DNA of 63,328 nucleotides, counting the filler, from Bigelowiella natans CCMP2755 (taxonomy: Eukaryota; Protista; Cercozoa): the NCBI GenBank assembly GCA_000320545.1. It is 4 parts of 4 records of this genome, joined end to end, with 100 filler letters (N's around TTAATTAATTAA, not from the genome) between each part and the next. Parts side by side here need not be neighbours in the genome. Positions count along the whole stretch, not along the records: positions 34,942 to 41,610 come from ADNK01001427.1; positions 41,711 to 63,328 come from ADNK01002600.1; 2 more parts are not named here. The stretch is one strand, 5' to 3'. Positions within the stretch are counted from its first letter, which is position 1; the number at the start of each line of letters is the position of its first letter. Below are positions 36,615 to 49,860 of the stretch, piece by piece. The notes below the pieces were generated by a model. That model was not told the DNA's origin, did not search any database, and saw only the letters and a list, made by a program, of their open reading frames with translations. A program made the position numbers and the translations under genes.

Positions 36615-39506
36615 ATGAAAATGAAGAATCAACAAACTGGAGAAGATGACAATAACAATGACAATGACAACAATGGCAATGAGGAGGAAGGGGGAGAGGA
36701 AGAAATGTTCAAGGTGAGAATCAGAGCTGTGCTCAACGGCACTGATGTCGTTGTTCCTTGCTCTTCCTTTTTCCCCTGCGACATGATTACACAGATGTCG
36801 CAGATGACTGTAAGACGGGTACCGAGATATGCAAGAAAGACGACGACAACGACGATGACACAACCGAAGTCAGAACTAAATCCTCTTTCGCCTCCTCCTC
36901 CTCCTCCTCCTCCTCCTCCTCCCCATCTATAGCCGGGAATCGGCCTGCACTTCGTTGCGCACGAAAATGTGCTGACAGGCCGAATATCTCTGCTATCGCA
37001 TGCGCCGTCGCCGACCGCCGTGCTGTGGTGGCCGTTGTGGCGATCCTAGAACACATCACCCGACCCGCCCGCAACTCGGCGCGCTCGTTGCGTGCACATG
37101 TCTATTTGTGGCATCGATAAGCGGACGGAGCATAGTCACGCCGAAGAATGAACGAGGGGTCTATACTCTGAAGCTCCCGACCACAAGCAAGGCAGGCAAT
37201 AAGTTCCCGTTTGACCTCGCAGGTGAGCCACTGCCCGAGAGCAAGCTCATGCGGCCGCCGGGCATCCGCGTCTGCTGTTCACCTGCGTACGGATCTGCTG
37301 CAGGCCAGGGAGTTGTTGTCACAGAGGACACAAATGCAGGGGAGCCAGTATTTGAAGAGGAGCCGTACATGACAAACCACGATAACCCAGACATTGAAGC
37401 GTGTGCGCACTGTATGGCACCAATTTTAACGTCCTTTGAGGTCAGGAGAGATAATAATTGCAACTGTCGCCTGCTGGATAACTTTAAACTCTAATCCTAC
37501 ATGTAAACAGGAAGATCTAGAGGTTCTTGTCGGAGTACGAGGGCGCCGAGTAAGGGAGGAACAAGAGTCGCGTCCCAAATGGCGCCTTCCTGAACTAAAC
37601 GCCGACTCTCCGAGCCTTCCAAATAAGCCCGTGCCCTGCACGACGGGTTGTGGTTTGCTTTACTGCAGCTCTGACTGTGAGCTGAGAGCGCGCAAGTTCG
37701 AACACAGGTCATATGAAAAAAAAGGGATTTCTGTGTCGTATCGTGTTCACGGATGATTGATTTGCAGCTTGCTGTGCACGGGGCAAATTCCTGATCATGA
37801 AAAGAAAGCTCATCCCCTTTCTAGATTCAAGAACTTCCTCCATGAAGTGCAGGTTCAATTTCTAAGACCGAGATGTATGTATTCCTCCCTTGATACTGTT
37901 CGACTACTTAGATGCCCGACGCACTTTTTGGAGCCAAGATGCTCTGCCACGCCATCCTACGAGCCAAGAGCTACATTGCCATGAAAAGAGGGGTGGTTCA
38001 AACACAGAACACAACCCTGGGTGTGCCACCTACCAGTCAGATTCCGAATTATAACAGAGCTATCTTGAGGGCAGCTCTGATTCCCTTCCTGTCGTTCAAA
38101 AAGCCCTTGTGGTGGAAAGTAATAGGAGGGGGGCCGAGATTCGCTAGCAGGTTCTCTGCGGAAGACTATGCGGACGTCACTGAAATTTGTGAAGAGGTGG
38201 CGCCCCCCCCTCCCCTCCCCCCTAAAAGTAGCCAACTTCAGTCTCCCTCGACTTTGATTGTGTTGAAAAGGAAAGCTGATTGAAATTGATAAACGGCGTC
38301 TATTGTTTTGTCCCAGTCGCACAAATGTCTGCGGGAGGCATCCAGGCTGCTGCGAAAGGCTGTTGAACAGTACGTTCCACAGGGACTCGAGATGCTGCTG
38401 GCAGATGATCGGACCTACGGGAGACTAATGGGCATGCTCCATCAAAATTCGGTGGTTCATCTCGCACATGGAAGTTATGAGAAATCTAATCGATGAAAAC
38501 TTCTTTTCTAATTTATATTTCTTTTGTGTGTATAACCCCCCTGCTGGTGAGTGTAGGTGGAGGTGCGGCTCCCCAATCCCCTCCTTGCGTACTTGGAGGT
38601 GGTCGTTAAGCAGATAGATACTTGGTCATTGGAAAAACAGGAGGTTTATTATTCTCTAGGTGGACAACCAAGGCACGCATTGCGGCCTAAATCATGATGT
38701 TGTTTACAGGAATTCCAAGAAACCTGGAGTGAACACGTCCTCCCGCTTCTGCGGAAACGTAGATCGCAGATTCTACGGGAGCTGGAGTTGGATCGACGAC
38801 AAATGAATGCCAGGAATAACGCAAATAAACCCCAAAATGCCAAGAGTGAAGACGACGTCGACGCGCTTGGAGAGGAGGAAAGAGAGCACTTGGAAGCGAT
38901 GGTATCTTGTATGCAAATAATGTTACCGTTTGGTATTATAACAGTTTCCTCCTCATTCGCAATGATAGGAAGCTGCTTGTACGGATGGTATTCTGAGCTC
39001 TGTGAAGGCCCTGATACACAATGAAGAAGTCAGAAATTGGCTATTCCCCCAGATTTCAGGCTCTATCATGCTTCCACTTGGTCCGTACACTCCCTTTTGT
39101 TTATATGGCATTGCTACTGGTTGAGCTAGGTAGACGCATTGATATGAGTGCATTATTAGGATGGATGATAAATCACAGTTGCGAGCCCAACACTGATGTG
39201 GAGTTCATCTGGGCTCCGGCTAGCCGAGGCAGAAAGAATGGATTTGTCGCTGCGCAGTTTATACCCAATCGTAAACTTAAACAGGGAGAGGAGATTCTGA
39301 TATCGTATTTGTCAGACTCCTCCTTGAGGTCAAATGTCACCGACAGAGAAAGATCTTTGGCGGATTATGGTTTCATCTGCAAGTGCAATGTATGCCGAAA
39401 AGAGAGATCAAAAGCTGCCCCTGTTGTGCAAGAGGGAAATCAACAGCATGATGCAATCATGGAGGAGATAGATGCTCTCGTGTTTAAAAGCCAAGAAGAT
39501 GAGTAA
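36615..39506 (+). CDS. SET and MYND domain lysine methyltransferase (SMYD5/ATXR2-like), multi-exon; start uncertain
   Basis: GQGVVVTEDTNAGEPVFEEEP; split MYND CAHC..CTTGCGLLYCSSDC..H..LC; MINHSCEPN; GEEILISYL; post-SET YGFICKCNVC. Confidence 0.88.
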
Positions 39507-39799
39507 CAGCCAGTAACAATACGATACAGTGTGCCCGTATATGCATGCGATGCATGCCTACGACTAGCAATGGTATGGGTCACGTACGTACACGAAACAT
39601 GTTGCGTATGCCTGCGCACTTCACTCGTGAACTATTAGCGATTATACGATCTAGCCGTGCTAGCGTGGCGCTTTATAAGTTCAGCTATACGCACGATGCG
39701 CTGCACTAATGTACGCGCCATCTACTAGGTGTAGTATATGCGTATAGCATGAAGTGCAATAATATAATGCGCGCACGCAAGTGAGTAGTAATAACTAGT

Positions 39800-40125
39800 T
39801 GTAGCGCGTACCACTACGCGGGCACAAGTCACGTGCGACAACAAAGGGGTTGTCGCGGATATAGAATATAGATAACGTAGATATTAATACAGCATAGGCA
39901 CGTGGGTTCCGGCGGGACTCATGGCAGCACACCGGAAGTGTGCTGCCCCACGTGCGGCGGCATTCGCGAAAGCTTCGCGAATGATTACGCAGTGCACGAT
40001 TTAATAAAAATATAATCTTTAATAAAAATAAACACAACTCTTCAAAAGGAAGCAAACGTGCCTTTCCCCCCCCCTGCCTACTTGTGCACGTAGCGCCTCG
40101 GCCTGTGAACACCTTACGCGCAACA
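39800..40125 (+). repeat. LTR (326 bp), 5' LTR of the downstream element
   Basis: Direct repeat of 36055..36380. Confidence 0.95.
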
Positions 40126-40130
40126 ACCTT

Positions 40131-40148
40131 TGGCTTCCACACACGGGA
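40131..40148 (+). other. Primer binding site
   Basis: TGGCTTCCACACACGGGA, 5 nt after the LTR. Its reverse complement TCCCGTGTGTGGAAGCCA resembles a tRNA 3' end (tRNA-Glu-like; identity is a guess). Confidence 0.8.
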
Positions 40149-40164
40149 AACGATTTGACTAACA

Positions 40165-41610
40165 ATGTCACAGCAGCTAGAAGAACAGCAGGACTTTGGC
40201 TCGCAGGCCGTGCAAGGGCACGAGCAGAAACAGGAAAGGAAGGGCGATACGGACGCTAAGGAAGGAGGAGGAACACCTCCACAGGCACCGCCGGGACCAG
40301 CACCCGGGATTAAGAAAGCAGATGCAGCAGCAGAGGCACTGGAGAACTTCTACGAGGCGGACGACGAGGACGTGGCCGCCGAAAGCAAGAAGGTCGTAAT
40401 GGCATTACGAGCCTTGCGACCCAGGGCGAGCAACTACGCCAAACTGAAAGTATCGATAGAATACAAGTATCAGACACATGATGTTTGGGCAGCTATCATG
40501 CAGGACATCATGGATTACGAAGCAGACTTACCTCCAGAGTGGGCAGCTTTGTTTAGGAACGACGGGGGTCTGGGCGCCTCGCGGGGGACGACCCAGAGCA
40601 CCGTCAAGCAGCAGCAGCCGGTACAGCGGAACACCCAGTTCATGTCTGTTAAAACAGCACCGGTTATGATAACGAAATACAACGGGAAAAGAGGTGAGGC
40701 AAGGAGGTGGTGGAAGAACGCTAGGAGTATACTCTGCGACTTTACCCCTAACCCCACCGAAAACGACAAGCTCAAATGGCTAGCTATAATAAAGCAAGCC
40801 ATGGACCTTTACGAGACAGGCAGGACCCGGATCAGGCAGCTAGAGAAAATACACACTACAGTTAGTGGGCTACGAGACGTTGAGGCGATAATGAAGGCTT
40901 TTGTAAATGAACAGGATGCTAACTCCCTACCCCAGGCTATTAGAAAATACAGAGCAATGATGCAGCATGAGAGAGAACCTGTTAGAGACTTTGCCACGCG
41001 CTTCCAGGATATGATCGACGAACTACATGATTTTAATTACAACACAGGTGATGATCAGGCAAGGTTTGAAGAGTTCAAGTTAAAGATAAAGGAATCCACT
41101 TACGTTACGGAGAAAGGCTACACCACGATGGAGGCAGCAGTGCAGGCTATATCCCTACGCGAGCAGGAGCAGGACCGCAAGTTTACCAGCCCTAAGGTAC
41201 CTGGCATAGGAAACATTAACGCTATTAAGCCGCAGCGAGACTGGTACAAGGACAGGGAAGGTAACCGACGTTGCGGATACTGCTCACGTAAAGGGAAACA
41301 CACCGCTAAAGACTGCAGAGACAGGAAAGAAGGACGACCCAGGATGACGATCAGGCAGCTCAACGAACACTACGAGAAGTTAAAGAGAAAGAAAGGCAGA
41401 GGACAAGGATATAACAACAGCAAATGGCAAGGCAGCAACAACGGGAAGAACAATAAATATAAGAACAAAAAGCAGAACAGTATCAATGCTATACAGCAGC
41501 AGATAAACGGAATATTAGATCACCTTAAGCAGGCGCCGACGAAGACAGCAGTACCAGCAACGCAGGACCAAGACAAGCCCATGACCCTAGACGACATAAA
41601 GAACTTAGGA
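40165..41610 (+). CDS. gag: Gag polyprotein (partial)
   Basis: ITKYNGKRGEARRWW, MMQHEREPVRDFATRFQDMIDEL (major-homology-like region) and zinc knuckle CGYCSRKGKHTAKDC. Confidence 0.88.
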
Positions 41611-41710
41611 NNNNNNNNNNNNNNNNNNNNNNNNNNNNNNNNNNNNNNNNNNNNTTAATTAATTAANNNNNNNNNNNNNNNNNNNNNNNNNNNNNNNNNN
41701 NNNNNNNNNN
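41611..41710. other. Scaffold gap
   Basis: N run with a TTAATTAATTAA spacer. Confidence 0.98.
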
Positions 41711-41966
41711 TATATATATATATATATGCGCATACATATACACATCCATGGGCACAGGCATTCTTACTAGTTCCCGACTGACACATCATTCCCATTTCAA
41801 AAGGAGGGGCCGGCGGGGAGGATACGTCGTCCCCCCAATCGCAAACACACACCCCCGCGCACGCTCCCTCACTGCAGGTGCCATTCCCATGACGATGCTT
41901 GATGTGTTAAAACCCCCCCCCCCCCACACACACACACACACACAACAATTTGTAGCAAACGCATGC

Positions 41967-42007
<41 letters not shown>

Positions 42008-42049
42008 TGTGTGTGTGTGTGTGTCTGTGTGTGTGTGAAAATACACGTG

Positions 42050-42371
42050 ATGATACCTGGCGTTGTTCGTATGCTCGATGCCCTCTAATCAGTGGCTGGC
42101 CGTCTTTGAGCTCATGCTGAAGGCTCGGGATACGTCCAAGCAGGTTGATTGTTGTGTACAATCTGTAGTAGTAGTAGTAGTAGTGTAGCCCTTCCAATGA
42201 CCGTCAAGAGGCGAGATTTGCAATAATGAGATTACGGATTTGACGAGAGTGGTGGGAGAGGGGAATGCCAGCATCATCATCTATGCCATCTATCTCCTCC
42301 CTCATGAAATTAATCATCATCTATGCCATCTATCTCCTCCCTCATGAAATGATACCCTCCCTTTTGTTGGC

Positions 42372-42428
<57 letters not shown>

Positions 42429-43342
42429 GTTCAGCCCTCCGCCGCAACCAAGAACCGCGCTCTCTATGCCTACGCGAAGACTGGGAAATGGGAGTTAGCC
42501 CTCGTTTTAGCAACGTATTGCCAGCGGCCACTTCACTCTAATTTACGAGCTGATGATGATGATGATGATGATGGTGGTGGTGACCGTGATGATGTGCTAA
42601 CTGTGCTGATGATGACAGCGATGATGATGATGATGATGGGGTTAATTAGTGATATCGAGCGTGCATAATCTTACGGAGATACGCTGGAGAGACATAGAGG
42701 ATAGATAAGCTGTGATAGATAAGTTGTTTGCGCTTGCTGCTGTCTGTGATGGGAATTGAATAAGACTCCGTGATACTCCTTTCCTCCTCCTCCCCCTCCT
42801 CCTCAGCAACATGCAGGAACGAGGCGAGGCAGATCACGAGACGTATGGATGCTCACTGGCCGCTTGTGATGTAGGGTGAGTGTGAGCTGAATAGCGGTTG
42901 TGTGTAGTGTTAGTAGCTCCTGCGTTGGATCACAGCTTAAATAGTTTTACGTGTATTCTCCTATCGACGTCGAGGATTAGTTTGATCGATATTTCATGTG
43001 TTTTTGCTTAATATGCGAAGCGGCCAGTGGGAGCGCGCGTTGGATATCTTCAACAACGTGCAGCAAATGAGCCTGAGACCGACGGCGTTGATGTACGACA
43101 GAAATCTCATCCCCACACACGCACGCACGCACGCACACTCGCACACACCATGCGCCATTTTGTACACACACATGCTCAACATCAACGTGGCTGGCAGGGA
43201 ATGGGGTGGGAACGACTTTTTGATGACTTTGCTTTCTCACGACAGCTACTGTGGGGCAATTCGGAGCTACGATATGCTAGGAAAGCGACAAAAGGCGCTG
43301 GAACTGTACAGCCAAATGGGCGCGTTGTCTTTGCGTAAATGA
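42050..43342 (+). CDS. 3' exons of a pentatricopeptide-repeat (PPR) protein
   Basis: PSAATKNRALYAYAKTGKWELAL, ADHETYGCSLAACDVG|GQWERALDIFNNVQQMSLRPTALM, SYCGAIRSYDMLGKRQKALELYSQM follow the PPR consensus. Confidence 0.8.
42273..42350 (+). repeat. Tandem duplication, 2 x 38 bp (40-bp period), intronic
   Basis: ATCATCATCTATGCCATCTATCTCCTCCCTCATGAAAT occurs twice. Confidence 0.9.
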
Positions 43343-44292
43343 TAAATATACCAAGTATATCGAAGCTGCTCGGCAGAAGAATGCTTTACGTGGAATATTC
43401 AAATAAAGGCGGGCTATTTGTACTTCTTTGGCAACAGCTCACGAAAAATGATAATTTAGAATTATAGTCGATTTGCAATTAAGTTGTATTTCAATTTGAA
43501 GATCGTCAGGCGTGATACGATTAACTAGTTCATAGCATGCGATGCATGCAACTTGGAACCTTGATCGAATATATAGTCACTACTAGACTACCAGGGCGCC
43601 ATGCTACTTGCAAGTGCTCTATTACGCTACCGGGGCGCCATCTGCTAGCCATGCTACTTGTGCGTAATTAGGAATTTACGTCTATATCAGACACATACAT
43701 TGAACATGAAACTACACGTCGATCACCAGCTGTGTTGCGTAATGATGAATGCTAGCTTGTACATGTAAGTACCGCCAGAAATATAAAGAAAGGTGCGAAA
43801 TCCTCTTAACTCCAACTCGCCCACAAATGATAGTCTAGTAGAGAGTCCAGTACTTAGTGCATGCTAGCATGTGGCACTGCTTATACTCTACACACACATA
43901 GATCTGAGTGCTGCTGGAGCACGCGCGATGCAAGAGGTTATTTTTAATGATTTTCCGCACAACTATGCTACACAATCTAGCATTCCGCTGCACAAACGCA
44001 CAGTATGTACGACCTCTCTAGCAATAACGGTATATGTGAGGCTCTGCAGCGTATAAAGACCATCATACGTGTTTTTTTCATCTTCTCACTCTCCGGCAGT
44101 AAATGCTCATGCTAGCATGGTTCGCCTTCATAAAATCTACTTTGCTTGTTTGTTCTCCGACAGTCTCTAATGTCTACTTCGTACTTCAAATTAAGTTATT
44201 CGTATGTCTATATGCTACCCTTTATGTAATTTTTAAGGCGACGAATTTCAATGCTGCCGGTAGTTGCAGCGCATCGTCAAAGTCTCCATCGT

Positions 44293-46276
44293 TCATAAAC
44301 AACTGCCGTATGATTTCCCAACCGCCTGGCCTTTATTTTTCTCAGATGGCAAATGTCGTTTGATCAGCCCTCCGCCATCGCGTCCCTGAGCAGCAGTGTG
44401 ATATGTGTATTCAGGCACCGAAGAGGAGGGGACAGGCCCGTCTCTTTGCGCCATCCATCCATCGTTCGAGTAGTCATCAAGCAGCCCCTCCGGCTCACGG
44501 GGGGGGGTTGGTGACGGAGTGAATTGATTGAACAAACGTCCCCAGTACCTAGGATGGATTCAAGAGGTATTGGCATAAGAAACTTAAGTCATTACTGGGT
44601 TGTAGCAATGCCCTTTGCATGAAAAATACTTACTGCTGGTACAGCCTCTAGAAGGAATGTAAAGCATGTATTTTCTTGTGTGATTACGCAAACACACACA
44701 CACACACACATTTACAGACACTAAAACTTATGTTGATAACTTTCGCACCATTTTCAACGGCATCATAATATACTCTAAGCTACTTATATTACTGAAGCAA
44801 GCGACAAGGGCACGTTCTCCCCTCGGAGTAGCACAGCATACGCCCAAGCTCAGGCATTCCAACCATCTCCGCGCAGAAACTAAACGGCCGCAGAACCCAC
44901 CCAACCCCCCACACCACGAGCGCTGCAGGGATCACTACTGGCAGGGCTATGAGCGTGAGCATGCTGAGAAAGAAGAAGCGAAGTCCCCTGCCAGAAGCTC
45001 CACTATCGTGGTTGTCCTTATCGTCCTCTGCATCCTCTTCCAACCCTGAGTTCTGCAGGCTGCCGGCGATAAATTCGTTGTTGGCGGCATCGAATGGGAA
45101 TGTGCTATGGCCCTTGCTGCTTTTGCGGCGTACCATGGGAGGTACCATGGGGGGCAGGGGATGGTCGACAGTCTTAGACTGGTGTGGTGGGAGGGAAGAG
45201 CTCTTAGAAGCTACCGTCATTTGTTCTGCTGCTACGGCTCCCGCGGCTTGGAAAGTTGCTCGTTTTATTGCAGGTGCCGTGATGCAGCCCCCATGCTCGA
45301 ATTTTCCGTGGAAAGCAGCATTCGAATAGCGAAGATCGCGGTCTTCTGATTGGAAGACTCCTTCACCGATTCCTTGGTGTGGATCACCTTCTTTTCTCAC
45401 ATCGCCGATGGATGCCCTCCTTTGGCCCATTCCAGCCACTTCTACTTCCTCCTCCTCCTCGCCGGTTAGACCGTCGCCTTTCGATTCAAGCGCTCCAAGC
45501 TTATGCAGAGATCCTGCCACTGGTCCTGATCCCGCCTTGTCCCTCCCCACAGGCGGGAAAAGCGACTTAGATGCCGACTCCACATTGTTCTTCCAGGGAG
45601 CTTCGTCTTCGTTTTCTTGGTTATCGACCGAACAATGGTCAACTTTGGCCCATGGAGAAGAGTAGAGTACAGCCCTCCCACTAGTATCTTGATTGTTCCT
45701 CTGACTATTATTATTTTCCTCCTGAAAACGGATCACTTTCTTGGATGCAGATGCGCGGTGCGGTCGTTCCTTGGCAGAGTGGGCTGCAGCGTTCAACTTG
45801 TTCAGAGCAGCGAAGGAGGTGGAGGAGGAGGAGTTGGGATCCGTGGGTTGGAAAGCATTCTCGTCGAAACCGTACAGAACTTTGCCGCCTCCCTGATTGG
45901 ATGCTACGCTTGAACCGTTATTTTTTTTTATTTTCCTTGAACTTTGTCCAACGGGGAAGCCGTAACTCGCAATGGAGTTGCCAGCCGCATTGGAGGTGAG
46001 GCCTTCTATCATACTGGTGATCTCTTTCAATGGAGATACGTTCTTACCATCATCGCGGCTATTCCCTGCCTCCATTTCCATGTTAAAAAGATTTTTCCGT
46101 GTATCTATATGGTCGCTGTAGCTATCGCTCCTGCCAAAGGGGAAGGTACGACCTTTCGCACCGCCCGCTTCTGTCGTTGATATGGGGAGCTTATCGGGTC
46201 CTTCGGGGGAGGAGAACTCATCAAATGCCTCGAGTGCATCTTCGATGCCCAAGTCCATACTACTATTCGCGCTCAT
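44293..46276 (-). CDS. Hypothetical largely disordered protein with a C-proximal hydrophobic segment
   Basis: 495-aa first ORF ending in FFFLSMLTLIALPVVIPAALVVWGVGWVL; downstream exons are tentative. Confidence 0.6.
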
Positions 46277-46292
46277 TTTCCCTCTACCTCCA

Positions 46293-46331
<39 letters not shown>

Positions 46332-46721
46332 GGGGAGGTCGGGGGGGCGGAGGAAATCGTTAAATTCCGAGGGAAACAGTTCCGGTTTGCTGCAAAACCG
46401 ACAAATTACGCCCAATTTTCCCCAAAACATCTCTTCGGCTTCATCCTTCCTTGTCGCACAGGCGAAACAGATCGCAGTTTAAGAAACTGAAATGGTAACG
46501 GCCGCTTCCTGCTTCGATGTACTCACGTCGCAAATAGACCTAGGCCTAAGCGACACTCCGATCGCCGCATATTTACGACTCACCAATTCACTCGTAAAAC
46601 GGAGGAGGAGCTAGGAGCACCCCTGAGATAGGTAGAAACAACCGCAGCATCTACAATCGCGCTATCGATCTAAACACACGCACAACTGCTTCCCCAAATA
46701 GGCAAATCAGAGGGGGCAATC

Positions 46722-47876
46722 ATGAAGGTTCATCCCATCAAGAAGAACTACAAGTTAGCCAAGGGAGTCTCTCAAGGCACGGGCTTCGATGAAGAGAAAG
46801 CGATTAAGCTTGATGGTGGCAATAATGATATTATTCGCCGAAAGGGTACATGCATGCCAGACAGCGCCATCGCTGGCGACGGGAAGGTCAAATTCAAGCA
46901 CGAGACCAATGACGTAATGGTTAGCTACTGTCGGAGAAATACGCCGTTTGTCAAGGTAGACTAGTTCGCTATTAGAAGGGGAGGGAGCAAGGTAGAGATG
47001 GAGAAAAAGGATATGTAGAATTTACTTCAATTTGTCTCAGTCCCTAGTGCAATTTCTCAACGACATCGGGATTGATCCATGGGTCGATTGGGAAGACATT
47101 CCACCTGCAGTTGATTGGATGAAGCAGATAACAAAAGGTAATTGTGTACACGTAGACCATACGATTTGAGAGTGCGAGCCTGTACGCGCACGCAGTGCGT
47201 GTGCGTACACATTTTGGGCGTCTGCGTTTTACATGCGAATCCATAAGGATATAACCCAATTTTACAGGAATAATAAATGCATACGCGTTTATTTGTGTAC
47301 TATCTCCGGAGTATTTGGAATCGAAGATATGCTTAGAGGAGCTACAAATAGCATTGGACAGGTGAGAAGGGGCAAATTGCAGAGATAGTCACCATGGCTA
47401 TTCAGGAGCATCGATGTTTCTCAGATACTTTCTCCACAAACAGCCATTATTGTTTTACCCTGTCTTCAAAATTACTCTCAGAAACCCCTTTCTCTCCCCT
47501 CGATCCTCAAAATCTCCTTTTGACAAATTGTCTGGTTGTGTTGTTAGTGGGAAGCTCATTGTCCCTATCGTTTGTAAAGATATAGACTGGAGCAGCCCGA
47601 AGCTCCCCAAGGTGGTTCATTGATGATGGCTGACCGCGTGCAAAAGTTCACAGCCCCCTTTGTTAGCTTTGAATGAAAGAGAGAAAAAGAGAGGTGGGGT
47701 GTACCTGAATTCGACCTGTTCCTTTCTTGTTGTTCTTCTTCTTCTCTTCCTCCTGCTCGTCGATCGTATATCCTAGGCTTTGGCAGAAATCAATTTTATC
47801 TTTGTCCGGGAGACTGACGACAAGGCAGCAGGGTGGGTTTCTACTGAGCTAATAACCAATTACATAACACACACAC

Positions 47877-47934
<58 letters not shown>

Positions 47935-48102
47935 TACAGGTTCGCGAAAGTGGATACTGCGTTGCACACAGATCAGGAGTATGTCCACAACTTCGAGGAG
48001 CTATCACGCACGTCCGTGCATTATTTTGACGAACCAGATCCGGTAATCGCAATGACAACACAAAACCAACACCCCTCAGTGCTATCACGAGGTCGATAAA
48101 AG

Positions 48103-48163
<61 letters not shown>

Positions 48164-48409
48164 CTAAATGCTACCTTCTTTGCTTTCGTTTGCTGCTGTT
48201 TCCATATATTCGTGAATTGCTAGAACAAAAAGATAGATCTCTTAGCAACAAACGAGCTTCTTGGCGTCTATGAGGTATGAAGCACTTGAGGGCACACGGA
48301 ACGAAACCTACTTACGTGTATCTCGATCCTATTCCCCCTCCCTCCCCTGCTTTACATCCTCATAAACTCGTTTGCCCCTGCCTGCTTGCTGCTGCTGCTG
48401 CTGCTGTGC

Positions 48410-48448
<39 letters not shown>

Positions 48449-49441
48449 TGAATGTATGTACTTTCGAGCCATCAAGCGTATTTTTGAAGGCACAGATCTT
48501 GCACTTTTTTCCCTTCTTCTTCTCCTTGTAATCGTACTCGGTGCGGGTCTCTTTTCGTTGTCGCACGTTGTTTTTAGAATTGAAACTGTTGTGGCTATGT
48601 TGTCAGCAAACGATAATGATCGGCTCTGTGCGCATCCCAAAGCCCACGAAGAAAATGATCAAGTAATAGGGGGGGGGGGGGGTGGGTGGTGTCAGAATGG
48701 GGTGGAAAGTTCTGCATATATTATTGCAAGCACTTGAATTCGAAAATGCCCATCTCTGCAAGAGATTACTTTGAAGAATATCTGTTTATGTCAACATAAG
48801 TATTTTGTTATCGCTCAGCGCGTAAGATTCCTCCCTCTCTCTGCCCCTCTCTCCCTCCCTCCGTCCCGCACCCTTTCTCTGTTTCTGTGTGCGCGTGCGC
48901 ACGATCGTGTGTATGCGTCTTCTGCTGCAAAAAGCTTTGTGCAGGACTGTCGCTCTCAGGCCAAGAAAAATAGGTGATGCAAAGTTTTAAATTATGGTTC
49001 GTGTAGAGAATATCTCGAGCACAAACAGAAATGTAACAATGACAATACTTCTCATTCGCCTCCGAGACGCTACTCCAACGGTTAAAAATCGGAAAATCTT
49101 TATGAATTGTCGTTGCAACTGTTGCGACCCCTTCTGCTCCTTCCCCCATCATCTCTGTTCCCCTCTGTCAATTGGAATATAATATGTTGTGTCTGTGTGC
49201 GTGTACTCAAAACTAGGGCATTAGAGCAGCGACAGCAAATGATAATAGGTAAGCTTGTACGAAAAGCACGCACCGAATCAGTGACGCATGATATGTCACA
49301 ATAGATCATCAAATAATATTCAGGGGCTATTCTGGCTCTTCTCCTAGTCGTGATGACGATCGGAATAATTATTTCTAGTAAGATGAACATATCTACAAGT
49401 TTTATTTCTGTAATGTGTGCTGCCTGTGCGACTGTTTGTGC

Positions 49442-49482
<41 letters not shown>

Positions 49483-49821
49483 TGTGCGGTGTTCTAAAAG
49501 CTTTCGTTGCACTTCTCACCTTTCGATTTTTTTTCTTGATACCTCGCATCACAAACGTCAATCGATTCCATTTCATATTCATATTCGCCTGGGCAAAGTT
49601 ACGTACTACCACGAGGCGAAGAAGGTATATGCCACGTTGTTCATTCACGATATCAAGATAAGATTTTTTGCTGTTGTCTCGAAATTGCCACACCATAATA
49701 ACTGCACACAAATATAGAAAGGGGGAGGGGTGAAGGATTATTCAAACACAGATCGGTCACAAATTTTCTTGTCGTGCTTTAGTCCGTTAAGACTGAGAGA
49801 AGCTTCCCATAGCCGCTCGTG

Positions 49822-49860
<39 letters not shown>

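Larger units (their letters stand above)
39800..41610 (+). mobile_element. 5' half of an LTR retrotransposon: 5' LTR, PBS, gag (truncated by the gap)
   Basis: LTR followed by a TGG-starting PBS and an intronless gag ORF. Confidence 0.93.

Noticed and set aside
36055-40125. A single LTR element that captured the SET gene between its LTRs
   Set aside because: The PPT precedes the first LTR and the PBS/gag follow the second, so the LTRs face outward to two different internal regions. The SET gene also retains introns.
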